DNA of 64,000 nt from Malacoraja senta. Taxonomy: Eukaryota. The first letter of the stretch is position 1; every line of letters starts with the position of its first letter. Location: assembly GCA_038087875.1 (NCBI GenBank), contig CM075988.1:21640001-21704000 (forward strand). The letters run 5' to 3'. Positions 23,648-37,088 of the stretch are shown piece by piece. The notes below the pieces were generated by a model. It ran no database searches and was not told where the DNA came from. It was given only the letters and a program-made list of their open reading frames with translations. The position numbers and the translations under genes were made by a program.

Positions 23648-25454
23648 GCATTTAACTGGTGCTGTTACACAAAGTCAGTAGAATCAATGTAGGCTCAACT
23701 TACTTACAGCCTGCCAGCTAATTGTAGGGCAAGAAATTTTTTTTAAACATGCAGATACGGGAATCCCAAAATAAAAGCAGAAAATGCTGGAAACACTCGC
23801 AGTGAGAACGTGCAAACTCCGTACAGACAGCCCCCTTGTAGTCAGGATCAAACCCGGGTCTCTAAGATGTACATCAATCCAGTTTCTTAACTTTTCAGAG
23901 GTGCCAATATGCCATACTAAAGCATACCATCGCAGAACAGCACTGACAAAAGATATTTTCCTACGCAGGCCTTACTTTAGTAAGATCCCCGAGTTCTTTA
24001 TTTGTATCCTGTAAGTGTGCTGGTGTCAACGTGCAAACATACAGCGCGCATTAAATGCAAAATGTCAGCTCCCAAATTTATTAGTCAATAGCAGCTCTCA
24101 CTGATGTGTTAAACCTGACTGCATGCCCTTTCTATGGAAATTGTTCTGCATTTAACATTTTCTCCATTATATCGCCCTCGATGAATTCACTCCAGAGGTG
24201 ACTTTGCGCTAATTTGCCAGTGAAATCTTTGGTGGTCTAATTCTTGATATCTGCACTGACAACATTGTGTAAGAAACTGTTTGGAAACAGGCCAGGATAC
24301 TGCTCAGTGATGGTTGAATGGGTTATAAATGTATCCTGAAGGGACTCAGCCTTCTGCAGTGCTGAAGGCGAGGGCATTATGCAGTCCAAGAAGATTTTTT
24401 TTTTTAATGAACAATGAGATTGTTATTTTTTCTTGCAATGAATTGGCGTGGACATGAATGGCCTCCTGTGAATCTCCTGAACAATGCTGGTAAATTTAAA
24501 TTATTTATTATAAATCTCTGCTCTATTCAGAAAACGCAAGTGACAATCAAATGTCCATCATCGGGAATAAAAACAGCAAACTGCATCTTGCACCCTGAAC
24601 ACCATTGACATCAGAGTCCTCCACACTCGTGATGTAAACACAGCGCGTGCCAAGTAACACTAAGTGATTGTATTCATATAATTATCAGATGTAGGATTGA
24701 GCAACTGAAGATTATAATTTGTGCCAGAGAAAGAAAACACCACACTGTTGATCTGATTTCAACAAATCTCTCGAATTGTAGACGCAGAACGCTGGAGTAA
24801 CTCAGCGGGTCAGACGGCATCTCTGGAGAAACATCACCTGTTCCTTCTCTCCAGAGATGCTGTCTGACCCGCTGAGTTTACTCCAGCGTTCTGTGTCTAT
24901 CTCCGGTTTAAACCAGCATCTGCAGTTCCTTCCCACGCAAACTTCTCAGATTGTCCTCCAATTGCAGTTTTGGAAGCATTCCTGATGGTGCATATCTCAA
25001 AGAATGCGTTTAGGTTCCATTGATTGGAAGAGACGACAGAGCCTACAGAGATGACAAACATTTTCGGTGCCTGAGAGGAAACTCACTGAAAAGACAATCT
25101 GATTTGCAATCAGCACGAATACAATGGTGAATTTCATGCTCCGTGCATCGGTCAAAGTCTCTCGTTACACCATCTCCCCAGGTCCCTGTGTTGTCTGCCT
25201 CCAGTCAGAGTGTATTATTTGGTGAGGTTGTAAGCTTGTTAAACAAATACAAAGGAGGCTTTGGCCTTGGATAATGAATTGTTTGGCAGAGCAGAAGAAG
25301 TGTAAGCTATTTTATTCTGGGGATCTAATTGCTACACAAAGGCACACCAAGCCTCAATCAAAAGTCTGGAGTCTGAGACCCAAGGCCACTTCCTTGTTCT
25401 TGTGCCCTCAGCGTTCTTAATGGTGCGTAATGTTGGGAAGGCCTAGATATTTTG

Positions 25455-25768
25455 TTTTGTTTAGTTTAGGGATACAGTGCGGAAACAGGCCCTTCGGCCC
25501 ACCGAGTCCGTGCCGACCAGTGGTCCCCGCACACTAACACTATCCTACACACACTAGGGACAATTTACATTTATACCAAGCCAATTAACCTACAAACCTG
25601 CACGTCTTTGGAGTGTGGGAGGACACCGAAGAGCCCGGAGAAAACCCACGCGGGACACGGGGAGAACGTACAAACTCCGTACAGACAGCACCCGTAGTCG
25701 GGATCGAACCGGGGTCTCCGGCGCTGCATTCGCTGTAAGGCAGCAACTCTACCACTATGCCACCGTGA
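25455..25768 (-). mobile_element. HE1-like V-SINE
   Basis: Full-length head, V-domain and tail. Confidence 0.85.
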
Positions 25769-26033
25769 CACCAGTGCCACCCAGATGATTGCCAGTCGGC
25801 CAGCTACGATACGGTAACTCATTCACCGGCTCCAAAACCCCACCAGGCTGCTCGTGTCGTGGCCGTTTACCGCCACTCACACTGTGGGTATTTGTAAGGT
25901 GGAGATTCACAGGTTCTTGATTAGAGAATGAGTGTAGGAAGGAACTGCAGATGCTGCTTTACAGTGAAGATACACATAAAACGCTGCAGTAACTCAGCGG
26001 GACAGGCAGCATCTCAGGATAGAAGGAATGGGT

Positions 26034-26061
26034 GACGTTTCGGGTCGAGACCCTTCTTCAG
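26034..26061 (-). ncRNA. Minimal hammerhead motif (Penelope terminal module)
   Basis: Intact CTGAAGAAGGGTCTCGACCCGAAACGTC. Confidence 0.7.
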
Positions 26062-26162
26062 AGTCCGGGGAAAAGGAGACGAGAGATACAGACGGCGATA
26101 TAGTGAAAAAGATATGCAAAAATGTACACGCTTGGCTGTGGTAGCGAGTCTGGGTTCAAACG

Positions 26163-26592
26163 TGGGATAATGTGGACTGGACTAGCGTGGAAAATGTGGA
26201 CTGGAGTTTTGTGGATAATCTGGACTGGACTAGCCTGGAAAATGTGGACTGGAATCTATGTGGAAATGTGGATTGGACTATTGTGGAAAATGTGGACTGG
26301 TTTGCTGGATAATGTGGACTGGACTGGCCTGGATAATGTGGACTGGAATTTCCTGGAAAATGTGGACTGGAGTTACCTGGAAAATGTGGACTGGACTTCC
26401 CTGGAAAATGTGGACTGGAGTTACCTGGATAATGTGGACTGGACTAGCCTGGAAAATGTGGACTGGATTAGCCTGGAAAATGTGGACTGGATTAGCCTGG
26501 ATAATGTGGACTGTCTGGCCTGGATAATGTGGACTGGACTAGCCTGGAAAATGTGGACTGGATTTTCCTGGAAAATGTGGACTGGACTACCC
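26163..26592. repeat. 24-bp minisatellite (GGAAAATGTGGACTGGACTAGCCT), about 18 units
   Basis: Directly visible tandem array; it produces the NVDWTSLE/WKMWTGL repeat ORFs. Confidence 0.95.
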
Positions 26593-27585
26593 TGCAACCT
26601 CAAACTAGAATCAGTGAGAGCAGGAAGGTGCAATCATACATTTTATTACAAACTGCAGCACCTGAGTGCATGGTTCTCAGTAACAAACACCAGCATTTTA
26701 ACAATTGCAGCAAAGGAGTCTCACTGTGGTCAGAGGCTCCAGGGACCTGGAGCAGAGCAAGTTACAAAGTGCCGCTGAAGTGTTTACAAGGTACATGATC
26801 TGTGGCAACTCGTCGAAGCTGAGCTGGAGTGTAACCCTGTGTAGGAAGGAACTGCAGATGCTGTAACACCGAAGATAGACACAAAATGCTGAAGTAACTC
26901 AGCGAGACAGGCAACATGTCTGGAGAGAAGGAATTGGTGACGTTTCGGGTCGAGGGCCTTTATTTCTGCATTTAGTCCATATCCCTCCAAACCTGTCCTA
27001 TCCATATACCTGTGCAAATGTTTCCTAAACATTGGGATAGTCCCTGTCTTAACTACCTCCTCGGGCAGCTCGTTCCATACACCCACCACCCTTTGTGTGA
27101 AAAAGTTACCCCTCGGGTTCCTATTAAATCCTTCCTTCCTCACCTTGAACCTATGTCCTCTGTTCCTCGATTCTCCTCCTATAGATGGAGGAACTCCTGC
27201 CTCCTTCCTGTTCCTTGCTCTCTGCAGCGTTCATGATCATCCCTAGACAGTGACCAACCCTGAATCAAAGTCAGGGCTGTGGAGTCTGCAGGATCAACCT
27301 GTAACCATTCCATTTAATGGCATCAGCATCCTGTCCCGGGAAAACTTCATACTGAAAACACCATCATTTAGAACACACATGAGTGTTATTTTGCCATGTA
27401 TTGCTTTGTCTTCCAGCGGTATTGATTCACACCCTGAGCATCAACAGCTTTGTTGCGACGGCTTTAACATGGTCGAACATCACACAACGGTGTTATATAA
27501 TAAATCTGTATCCTGAGCCGCAGGGAACTGTTGGGGGCAACTCTTCATGCGGCGGGTAGAGCTGCTGCCTCGCAGCATTAGAGTT

Positions 27586-27908
27586 GGGGCGGCACGAAGG
27601 CGCGGCGGCCGAGTTGCTGCCTTACAGCGCCAGAGACCCGAGTTCGATCCGCACTACAGGTGCTGTCTGTACAGTATATAGTTTGTACATGTTCTCCCCG
27701 TGACCTGCGTGGGTTTTCTCCGGGTGCTCCAGTTTCCTCCCACACTCCAAAGACGTACAGATTTGTAGATTAATTGTCTTCAGTAAAATTGTAAATTGTC
27801 CCTAGTGTGTAGGATAGTGTGAGTGTGCGGGGATCGCTGGTCGTCACGAAATCGATGGGCCGAAGGGCCTGTTACCGTGCTGTATCTCTAAACATCTCTA
27901 AAACTAAA
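27586..27908 (+). mobile_element. HE1-like V-SINE
   Basis: tRNA head, V-domain and CR1-like tail ending CTAAAC. Confidence 0.8.
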
Positions 27909-28820
27909 CATTATGTGTTGGTGCAGCATTATACTACCGCTGGGCTGAATTTATTGCCCAAACTGAACGGAGTTCTTTGATGCATTGGAAGGTGCTTCCG
28001 AGACTAGCATAACGGTGACCTAGTAGTGACCTTTCAGATTGGATAAGGATGGCGGACTTTGTCTATGGACTGAATTCAGATTAAATCAGAGCATTTTACA
28101 CCACATCTTTTAGATAACTTCATTTTTCATTATTTTATCACAATTATTTTGCTGGAACGTAATTAATTTTTCTTTGCTGCAAAACCCAGCAGGAAACCTT
28201 CAAGATTCATAATGCGAGTGGTTGCATTCTATTCAGTTATTACCTTGCTCGCTGGCCGCTAGCTCCCGCATGGTGGCGCAGCGGTAGAGTTGCCGCCTTA
28301 CAGGGAGAATTTACAATTTTTACCAAAGCCAATTAACCTACAACCCTGAAAGTCTTTGGTCCAGAGACCCGGGTTCCATCCTGACTGTGGGTGGTATTTG
28401 TACAGAGTTTGTACGTTCTCCCTGTGACCGCGTAGTTTTTCTCCGGGTGCTCCGGTTCCCACCCACACTCCAAAAACATGCAGGTTTGTAGGTGTTGATG
28501 TTCCTACACTCGGTGTGAGACTACTGTCCGTGATTCACAGAAAGCAATGATCTGTCCTGATATTACATTTCACCAAGCAATATCTCCAGCCCGATTCAAT
28601 AAACAATTCATCAGACAGCCAACAAAATTCTCCTTCAATTCCTATCCATCTTGGAGTGACTGAGTCATTTTAAAATTGATTATCAAACAGCAGAGACCTT
28701 GAGTCTTCATCAAAGATTCTTATTTGTTGCAACAGATGTGATTTTAGTTTGTGGCATCAACCTGCATCAATTTGCACTTTCGCTAAAGTTTGCCAACAGA
28801 CTTAGTTGGAACCAAATTCA

Positions 28821-29125
28821 GGGGCGGCACAGTGGCGTGGCGGTAGAGTTGCTGCCTTACAGCGCCAGAGACCCAGGTTCGATCCTGACTATGGGTGCTG
28901 TCTGTATGGAGTTGTTGTACGTTCTCCCCGTGACCTGCGTGGGTTTTCTCCGGGTGCTCCGGTTTTCTCCCACACTCCAAAGACGTACAGGTTTGTAGGT
29001 TAATTGGCTTCGGTAAATTGAATTGTAAATTGTCTCCAGTGTATAGGATAGTGCAAATGTACGGGGTGGTCGCTGGTCGTTGTGGACTTGATGGGCCGAA
29101 GGGCCTGTTTCCATGCTGTACCTCT
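28821..29125 (+). mobile_element. HE1-like V-SINE
   Basis: GGGGCGGCACAGTGGCGTGGCGGTAGAG head, B-box GGTTCGATCC, V-domain and tail. Confidence 0.85.
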
Positions 29126-30598
29126 AAAGAAAAAAAAATCTGGGGATGTTGGAGATTAGAAATGAAAGCAGAAATTGCTGTGTTTGTTCTGGAAAGAGGT
29201 CTAGTGTTTCTTAAATGTTGCGAAAGTACCTTTCAAACTTTCAAAATAGACTTTATTCAAGTAATAAATATATACAATACAGGAAACGTGTACCAAAAAT
29301 CATCCTACGCTCTCAGAGGCTATACATTCAATACTCTTTACACACATTGCACAAATTTCACAAGTTTATCCCCCACCCTTGCCACTCATGTGGCCCACAG
29401 GCGTTGGAATCCCTTCCCTTATTTTTTTGGGCGTCCCCACCCCCCCATGTCTATAGTACCTGCCTCGACCACCTCCTCCGGCAGCTTGTTCCACACACTC
29501 ACCACCCTCTCAGGTTCCTATTAAATCTTTTCCCCGCTTCACCTTAAACCAATGCCCCCTGGTTGTTGATTCCCCAACTCTGGGCCAGAGACTGTGCGTC
29601 TATCCGATCGTTTCCTCTCATGATTTGAGATATCTGATCTTCATTTGAAAATCCATTTTAGGTTGGTTGGAGTATCAAGTGCGGTGATAACTGCCACTTA
29701 ACAAACTACTAGAAGCCCAGTAATCCTGTGATCATAAGGTTACACGGATAATTGCCCCGATTTAATGAAAAGCTCTGAAGTTGACAGTTGTTACTCGAAT
29801 CATTATTGGACAACTACTTAAATTCTGACTGTGAGAGAAAATATACAAGAACTGATGCGGTAAACTAATTAAAAGTAGCAATGTTGCTTGAGTATCTAAG
29901 CCATGTCAACTGGAAATTTTTTAACAATTTACCTCAACAACCTACTCACTAATCTCATTTGGTGAGCAGAGAGTGGTTTTATGGACCAATTTAATCCAAT
30001 ACCTCCTAACTAGAGACACAAGGAACTGCAGATGGTGGAATCTTGAGCTAAATAACACACGCTGTGCTGGAGGAACTCAGTGGGTCGGGCAGCATCTGTG
30101 GTGGGAATGGACAGGTAACATGTCTTTATTTCTTTAAATAATTTCTAAAATCGTATTTCTAAAATTTATTTGGTCAGAGGGTGGTGAATCTGTGGAATTC
30201 ATTGCCCCAGACGGCTGTGGAGGCCAAGTCAGTGGGTATTTTTAAGGTGGAGATAGATAGATTCTTGATTGTACGGGTATCAGGGGATATGGGGAGGAGG
30301 CAGGAGAATATGGTTGAGAGGGAAAGATAGATCAGCCATGGCTGAATGGCAGAGCAGACTTGATGGGCCAAATGGCCTAATCCTGCTCCTTTCACTTATG
30401 AACTTATTAAATAAACCTCATTACTGCCATTCCTTAGACTATGTTCAGGCAGAGGAGAATAGTTTAACTTGGCATCTTGTTTGATACGGACATTGTGGGC
30501 CGAAAGGCCTGCTCATGTGCTGTGTTGTTCTATGTCTTGAAACTTTGAGATATTTTAGACTAATAATTCATAGCTAAGAGAGGAGTGAGTTAACAGGT

Positions 30599-30730
30599 CT
30601 GAAGAAGGGTCTCGACCCGAAACATCACCCATTCCTTCTCTCCAGAGACGCTGCCTGTCCCGCTGAGTTACTCCAGCTTTTTTGTGTCTATTTTGGGTGT
30701 AAACCAGCATCTGCAGTTCCTTCCTACACA
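30599..30730 (+). mobile_element. Penelope terminal module with hammerhead core (30599-30626)
   Basis: GGT-CTGAAGAAGGGTCTCGACCCGAAACATC-ACC; flanked by the direct repeat TGAGTTAACAGGT. Confidence 0.75.
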
Positions 30731-31232
30731 CTGAGTTAACAGGTACCATGCTGGATGTACGCTTCAATGGAATGCAATATCACCGATAATGTGCCAGTCC
30801 TTATCTCCCCCTTTGTAATCATCGCATTTATTCAATACTTTTCACGTCTTGGAAATAGGGAATGGAGGCCACAGGTTGAACCAGATGAATGGCTCATTTA
30901 GAATTGACGTCAACAAATTATTCTTATAAATAAGTGGATTCATGTTTTGGGTGAACTTCTCACTGGAATGGTAAAGGCCATGAGTCATTGTGAAGGAAAC
31001 TGTGTACAACGATGAGGAAATTGATTGGGGCTGCACGGTGGCGCAGCGGTAGAGTTACTGCTTTGCGGCGTTTACAGCGTTAGAGGACTGACCCTTACTT
31101 GAATCCAGGACTGTGTAATTGCACAAGTAATTATCTAGATTGAAAATCCATTCAGCTCCAATCGGTCTGCTGCACTGAGCTCAAGGATGAGATGCTCCTC
31201 GGGCAGTTAAAAGGAAACTTATTACCATCTGA

Positions 31233-31562
31233 GCGGCACGGTGGCGCAGCGGTAGAGTTGCTGCCTTACAGTGATTACAGCGCCAGAGACCCGGGTTCGA
31301 TCCCGACTACGGGTGCTTGTCTGTACGGAGTTTGCACGTTCTCCCCGTGACCTGCGTGAGTTTTCTCCGAGAACTTGGGTTTCCTCCCACACTCCAAAGA
31401 CGGACAGGTTTGAAGGTTAATTGGCTTGGTGTATATGTGAAAAATGTCCGTAGTGTGTGTAGGATGGTGTTAATGTGTGGGGATCGCTGGTTGCGCGGAC
31501 TCGGTGGATCGAAGGGCCTGTTTCCGGGCTGTATCTCCAATCTAATCTAAACTAAACCAAAC
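31233..31562 (+). mobile_element. HE1-like V-SINE, full length
   Basis: A-box TGGCGCAGCGG, B-box GGTTCGATCCC, V-domain, GAAGGGCCTGTTTCC tail and (CTAAA)n. Confidence 0.9.
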
Positions 31563-32403
31563 TGTCCGCATTTATTCAATACTTTTTAAAGTCTTGTTGA
31601 TAGGAAATGGAGGCCATTGTTCAACCAGATGAATGGGTCATTTAGTATTGACGTGAAGAAATTATTCTTCATGGATAAGTGGATTAATACTTCAGGCGAA
31701 CTTCTCTGGAATGGTAAAAGGCCAAGAGTTATTACGAAGGAAATTGTGTACAATGATGAGGAAAATACAGGCATTTCTGGATGAATAAACCAAGCTAGGT
31801 TCAATGGGCACCCTAATGCTTACGGCTCTTAACTGCAAATAAGCTCCGGCCTGTGAAATTGTGGTCATCTACTCAAGGTGCTAAGTCACTTGGAATTCAA
31901 ATTAATCTTTACATCGCTGCTATTTCTTCCACATTTCATCTGCATGTCTGCCAAGACAGATTAACATAAAATATCAAAGCATGTTCAAGTATTAGAACTT
32001 AATGATTACAGCGTATAAAATGAATACAATTAAATTCAATATTGGGGAAAACTCCAAGAGGATTGGATGAAAAAAGATTCTTGGTTCCATTATAGAATTT
32101 CTAAGCTCAATAATATTTTAAAAAGTGTTAAATTGAGATGATAGTTTTGGATTGTTGACTTAAAAAAGGTCATTTAAAAAAAATCCATGTTGACTGTTCA
32201 TAAGGAGCATATGGATATGCAGGGAAAGGAGGGATATGGACCACGTGCAGGCACAGGGGATTAGTCTGAAGAAGGGTCCCGAGCCAAAACGTTGCCTATC
32301 CATGTTCTCGAGAGAACATTTTCTCCCTCTTCCCCCCTCTCCCATCGGGCAAGAAGTTCAGAAGTGTGAAAATACACACCTCCAGTTTCAGGGACAGTTT
32401 CTT

Positions 32404-32764
32404 CCAAAGATCCTATAGAAGCAAGATAGATCACTCGACGAAAAAACGGTCATGGGCAGATTCATGGGTAATTTTCGGCTCCATTTCCGTAACCGGCTTC
32501 CATCTCCGCACCAAAGATCCCAAAGATAACTAGTACGGAGACGGAAGTCGGTTACGGAAACATCCTCGTAAAAATCAAAGTTCTTTGGTAAAAATCTTCT
32601 CCTCATTTTCAGAATTATAATTTATAAACACAAACTGTTCCCCCGCAACGCTGATTACACTGCGAGTCGGGTCGGGTTACTGAAATGGATGAAAAAAAGG
32701 CCCACGTTCCGCTCCGTTGCGTACATTGCATTTAGAAGGAGTGGTCTATCTATAGGATCTTTGG
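32404..32764. mobile_element. Non-autonomous DNA transposon (MITE)
   Basis: TIR CCAAAGATCCTATAGA/TCTATAGGATCTTTGG. The TSD is either TTTCTT (6 bp) or GTTTCTTC (8 bp). It interrupts a Rex1-like fragment. Confidence 0.85.
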
Positions 32765-35700
32765 TTTCTTCCCAGCTGTTATCAGGCAACTGAATCATCC
32801 TACCACAACCAGAGAGCAGTGTGTTGGAATGCATCCTTAATAAGGATGGTGATATGGTTGTATAATAGTGTATTTAGTATTGAAGAATATTTGTTTGACT
32901 TGTATTATGGTGATGGGTTTTGTTTTGATTTATTTTGTCCTGTAAATATTATTGTAAATAATTGAATAAATTATTTTTGATTAAACAAAAGAGCTGTGCT
33001 GAACTATTATCTACCTCTTTGGTGACCCTCGGACTATCTTTAATCGGACTTTAACAGGAACCTGAGGGGCAACTTTTTTACACAAAGTGTGGTAGGTGTA
33101 TAAAACGAGGAGGTGGTTGAGGCTGGTTCTCTAACAATATTAAACAAACATTTGGACAGGTACATGGATAGGACAGGTTCAGAGGGATATGGGCCTATAG
33201 ATAGGCAGGCAAGTGGGACTAGTGTAGATGGGGCATGTTGGTTGGCATGGGCAAGTTGGGCCGAAGGGCCTGTTTCCACACTGTATGACTTTGTGACCAG
33301 GTGCTAAGAGTCAGCACAAGCAAAACAGGCATTGAATTATGAGAGGCGTAGACAGGGTGGACAGTCAGAACCTTTATCCCCAGGTGAATAACTGACTTTA
33401 CAACAACTGCGACACGTTCAAGGAACTAACAGAGCAGTGGGTGACAGAGTAGAGGAGAAAGCGATCACAGCAGAACTGCCATTTAATGGTGAGCTTTAGG
33501 CAGCTTGAAACAGAGTTGGTGTATGTACATGAACGGCAGTGATCACAATGCCATTACCCTCCAGTGCGACACAGGGCAGGGATAATAAAATTAATGTTCC
33601 CGCTGAAAGGGGAAAACGCTTGGAGGGACAAAATGGCAATGATAAATCAAGACATAAATCTGGGCAGAGGAAGCAGACCTGTGGACAGACGGAATCCATC
33701 TTGCCGCCAGTTCAACGTGACTCTGCCGCGGAGCAATCTCTCTACACACACAGCGGTGGCATTAGCAGCAGCGCTCGAAGCAAGAAGCAGGCTCCACAAC
33801 GCTCATTGGCACTCAGCGCAGAAGCATAAGGCTGCAGGAAGGCGGATGCGATTACAATCTTTCAAAAGGTCAGATGTCTGATGGTGGTAATCATGCCGCT
33901 GTTAACCTGACAGCTGCAGTGGAAGAAAATGCTGGGGTTTTATTACAACATAAGTGAGCTAACAACATCTGGTGGGAGCAGATACGATAAATCCAGGCCA
34001 AGTGGTGGGCGCATGTGCCGTCTGCATCTAATGTTGCTTTGGGCTTGCCGAAGATATGACACTGGAGTTGGGAGATGTTAGAATACTTCACATTCCAGGT
34101 TCACTCACTGGGTGAGCAGTCTGCTAATCCCAATCCTGCTACTGGAACAGATATCAGGGCTGTGGCTCAGCTAATACCAATTGCTGAGTCTGGAGAAGGA
34201 TCCGGACACAAAACGTTGCCTGTCCATTCCCTCCACAAATGCTGCCTGCAGATTAGTACAGGTGTCAGGGGTTGTGGGGAGAAGGCAGAAAAATGGGATT
34301 AGGAGGGAGAGATAGTTCAGCCATGATTGAATGGCAGAGTAGACCTGATGGGCCGAATGGCCTAATTCTTCTCCTATCACTTATGACCTTATGACCCGCT
34401 GAGTTCCTCCAGCACTTCATGTTGTGCTCAAGATTCCACATTCTTGTATCTATTCTTATTTTTTTGTACTTTAACTTAGAGATACAGCGCAGAAATGGGC
34501 CCTTCGGTCCGCAGAGTCCATGCTGACCAGTGATCACCCCATACACTAGCGCTGTCTAACACACAAGGGACAATTTACAATTTTTACCAAAGGCAATTAA
34601 CCTACAACCCTGAAAGTCTTTGGTCCAGGGACACAGGTTCGATCCTGACAACGGTTGCTGCCTCTACGGAGTTTGTACATTCTCCCTGTGACCACGTGGG
34701 TTTTCTCCTGGTGCTCCGGATTCCACCCACACTCTAAAGGTGTGCAGGTTTGTAGGTTAATTCTGTAAATTGTCATAAGAGTCATAGAGTAAAACGGTGT
34801 GGAAGCAGCCCCTCGGCCCAACTCGCCCACACCGGCCAACAATGTCCCATCTACACTAGTCCCACTTGCCTGCGCTTGGTCCATAACCCTCCAAACCTGT
34901 CCAATCCATGCACCTGTCCAACTGTTTCTTGAAAAGATGGGATAGTCCCTGCCTCAACTACCTCCTCTGGCAGTTTGTTCCATACACCCGCCACCTTCTG
35001 CGTGAAAAAGTTACCCCTCAGGTTCCTATTAAGTGTGTAGGATAGAACTAGTTAGTGTACGATCGCTGGTCGGTGCGGACTCGGTGGGCCTCAAGGCCTG
35101 TTTCCGCGCTGTATCTCAAAATTAAGCAAAACTTTTTTTTAAAAAACACGCTCCACGCAACACTGCACGGAAAGATTCTCAACAATGTCAGACTAGAGAA
35201 CTCGTTCTCCCTTTGATGTAGCATCACTATTAAAGCGGAGACCCTCATTAAAGTCAGATGTGGATATATTGGTTGGTATAATGAGAAATTAATTAGAAAT
35301 GATCTTGGAGTTTGCATTTTGCAATCAAGCTAACTTAGCCCTGGATATTATTGACAGGTGGGTTTCACCTGTGATGGCCAGCAGACCTAGAGGGTTAATT
35401 GCCTCCAGAAATTCACGGGTTCATAGAAACATAGAAACATAGAAATTAGGTGCAGGAGTAGGCCATTCGGCCCTTCGAGCCTGCACCGCCATTCAATATG
35501 ATCATGGCTGATCATCCAACTCAGTATCCCGTACCTGCCTTCTCTCCATACCCTCTGATCCCTTTAGCCACAAGGGCCACATCTAGCTCCCTCTTAAATA
35601 TCAAGGTTTAACCTTTCAGTAGGGGGTGAGTAGGGGGTTCATTGTTATTTTAGTAGGGTTAACAACTGCATAGAAATTAGCCAGATTAATCTTATATAAA

Positions 35701-36514
35701 CCTGTTGGAAAGGACGTGGCTGGAGGAAACTGCGTTGCTTGAAGGTTAGGCTTCAATTTGAGATTTGATACCCTGGAGCGGTGCAGCGAGCATCAAGGTT
35801 TAACCTTTCAGTAGGGGGTGAGTGAGAGAGAATCACAATGCTGTGTTCACCTTGCCTTTGATAATGATAAGACGCAGACACACAGAACTTGGAAATGGAG
35901 TCAGCTGCGTGGAGGATGGTCTTTGGTAGTTTAGTTTCGGTGAGAGATACAGCGCGGAAACAGGCCCTTTGATCCACCGAGTCCACGCCGGCCAGCGATC
36001 CCTGTACGCTAGCACTCTCTTACACGCTAGGGTCAATTTATTACCAAAAGCAATTAGCCTACAAACCTGTACGTCTTTGGAGCGTGGGCGGAAACCGAAG
36101 CACCCGGAGAAAACCCACGCGGGTCACGGGGAGAACGTGCAGACGCCACACAGACTGCACCCATGGACAGGATCAAACTGGGGTCTCTGGCGCTGTGAAA
36201 CCCCTGTCCCATGGTACGAGTCAAGGGTGTGTAATTCTCACATGCACTGGCAATGGAATGATGAAGTTCTTACAAGCTGCAGCGTTACAGGTCCATCAAT
36301 ACCATAATACATGCGTAAATGTACAATAATCAATAAAGCAGTACATTAAGAAGCAGTACTGGTATTATCGGACCATAATAGTGAAAAGTGTAGGAAGGAA
36401 CTGCAAACGCTGGTTTACACCGAAGATAGACACAAAATGCTGGAGTAACTCAAAGGAACAGGCAGCATCTCTGGAGAGATGGAATGGATGACATTTCGGA
36501 TCGAGACCCTTCTT

Positions 36515-37080
36515 CATTCAATTCAACTTTAATGTCATTGCACAAATACTGAGTATGGGTACAACGAAATGCAGTTTTGCGTCAGTCCGTAGTAGTAGTG
36601 CAATATAGAAATTTAAAAAAAAAGAGGATACAGAATAATCAAAAATACAGAATAATTAACAATGGGGACGGTGGGACCGGAGGAATCTGTCGGCGGGACT
36701 CCGAGTTCAGCAATGCGACGGTATAATTGTAGAAGCTGTTCCTCATCCTACTGGTACGAGACCTGAGGCTCCTGTACCGCCTCCCTGATGGGAGGAGGGC
36801 AAACAGTCCATGGTTGGGGTGGGAGGGGTCTTTAATGATCTTCCCAGCCCGTTTCAGACACCGTTTTCGGTGGAGGGCATCCATGGCAGGGAGCGGGGCA
36901 CCGATGATGTGCTGCGTGGTTTTCACCACCCGTTGTAGTGCCTTCCTGTCCGCAACAGTGCAGCTGCTGTACCATACCGTGAAGCAGGTGGTCAGGATGC
37001 TCTCGATGGTAAACCGGTAGAAGTTGGTCAGGATCTGGGGGGACAGGTGGGCTTTCTTGAGCCTCCTCAGGAAGTAAAGG
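36515..37080 (-). mobile_element. Rex1/Babar LINE 3' fragment (ORF2 C-terminus, still open)
   Basis: LYFLRRLKK…FYRFTIESILT…WYSSCT…LQRVVK…DPSHPNHGLFALLPSGRRYRSLRSRTSRMRNSFY; tail TTTCGTTGTAC…GCAATGACATTAAAG(TTGAA)n. Confidence 0.9.
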
Positions 37081-37088
37081 CCTGGACT

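Noticed and set aside
26122..26778. 218-aa Trp-rich ORF, or a CRISPR-like periodic array
   Set aside because: It is a simple 24-bp tandem repeat with no unique spacers and no cas genes, in a eukaryotic context.
31233..31310. tRNA gene-like sequences (many copies)
   Set aside because: These are SINE heads continuing into the V-domain and LINE tail, not standalone tRNA genes.
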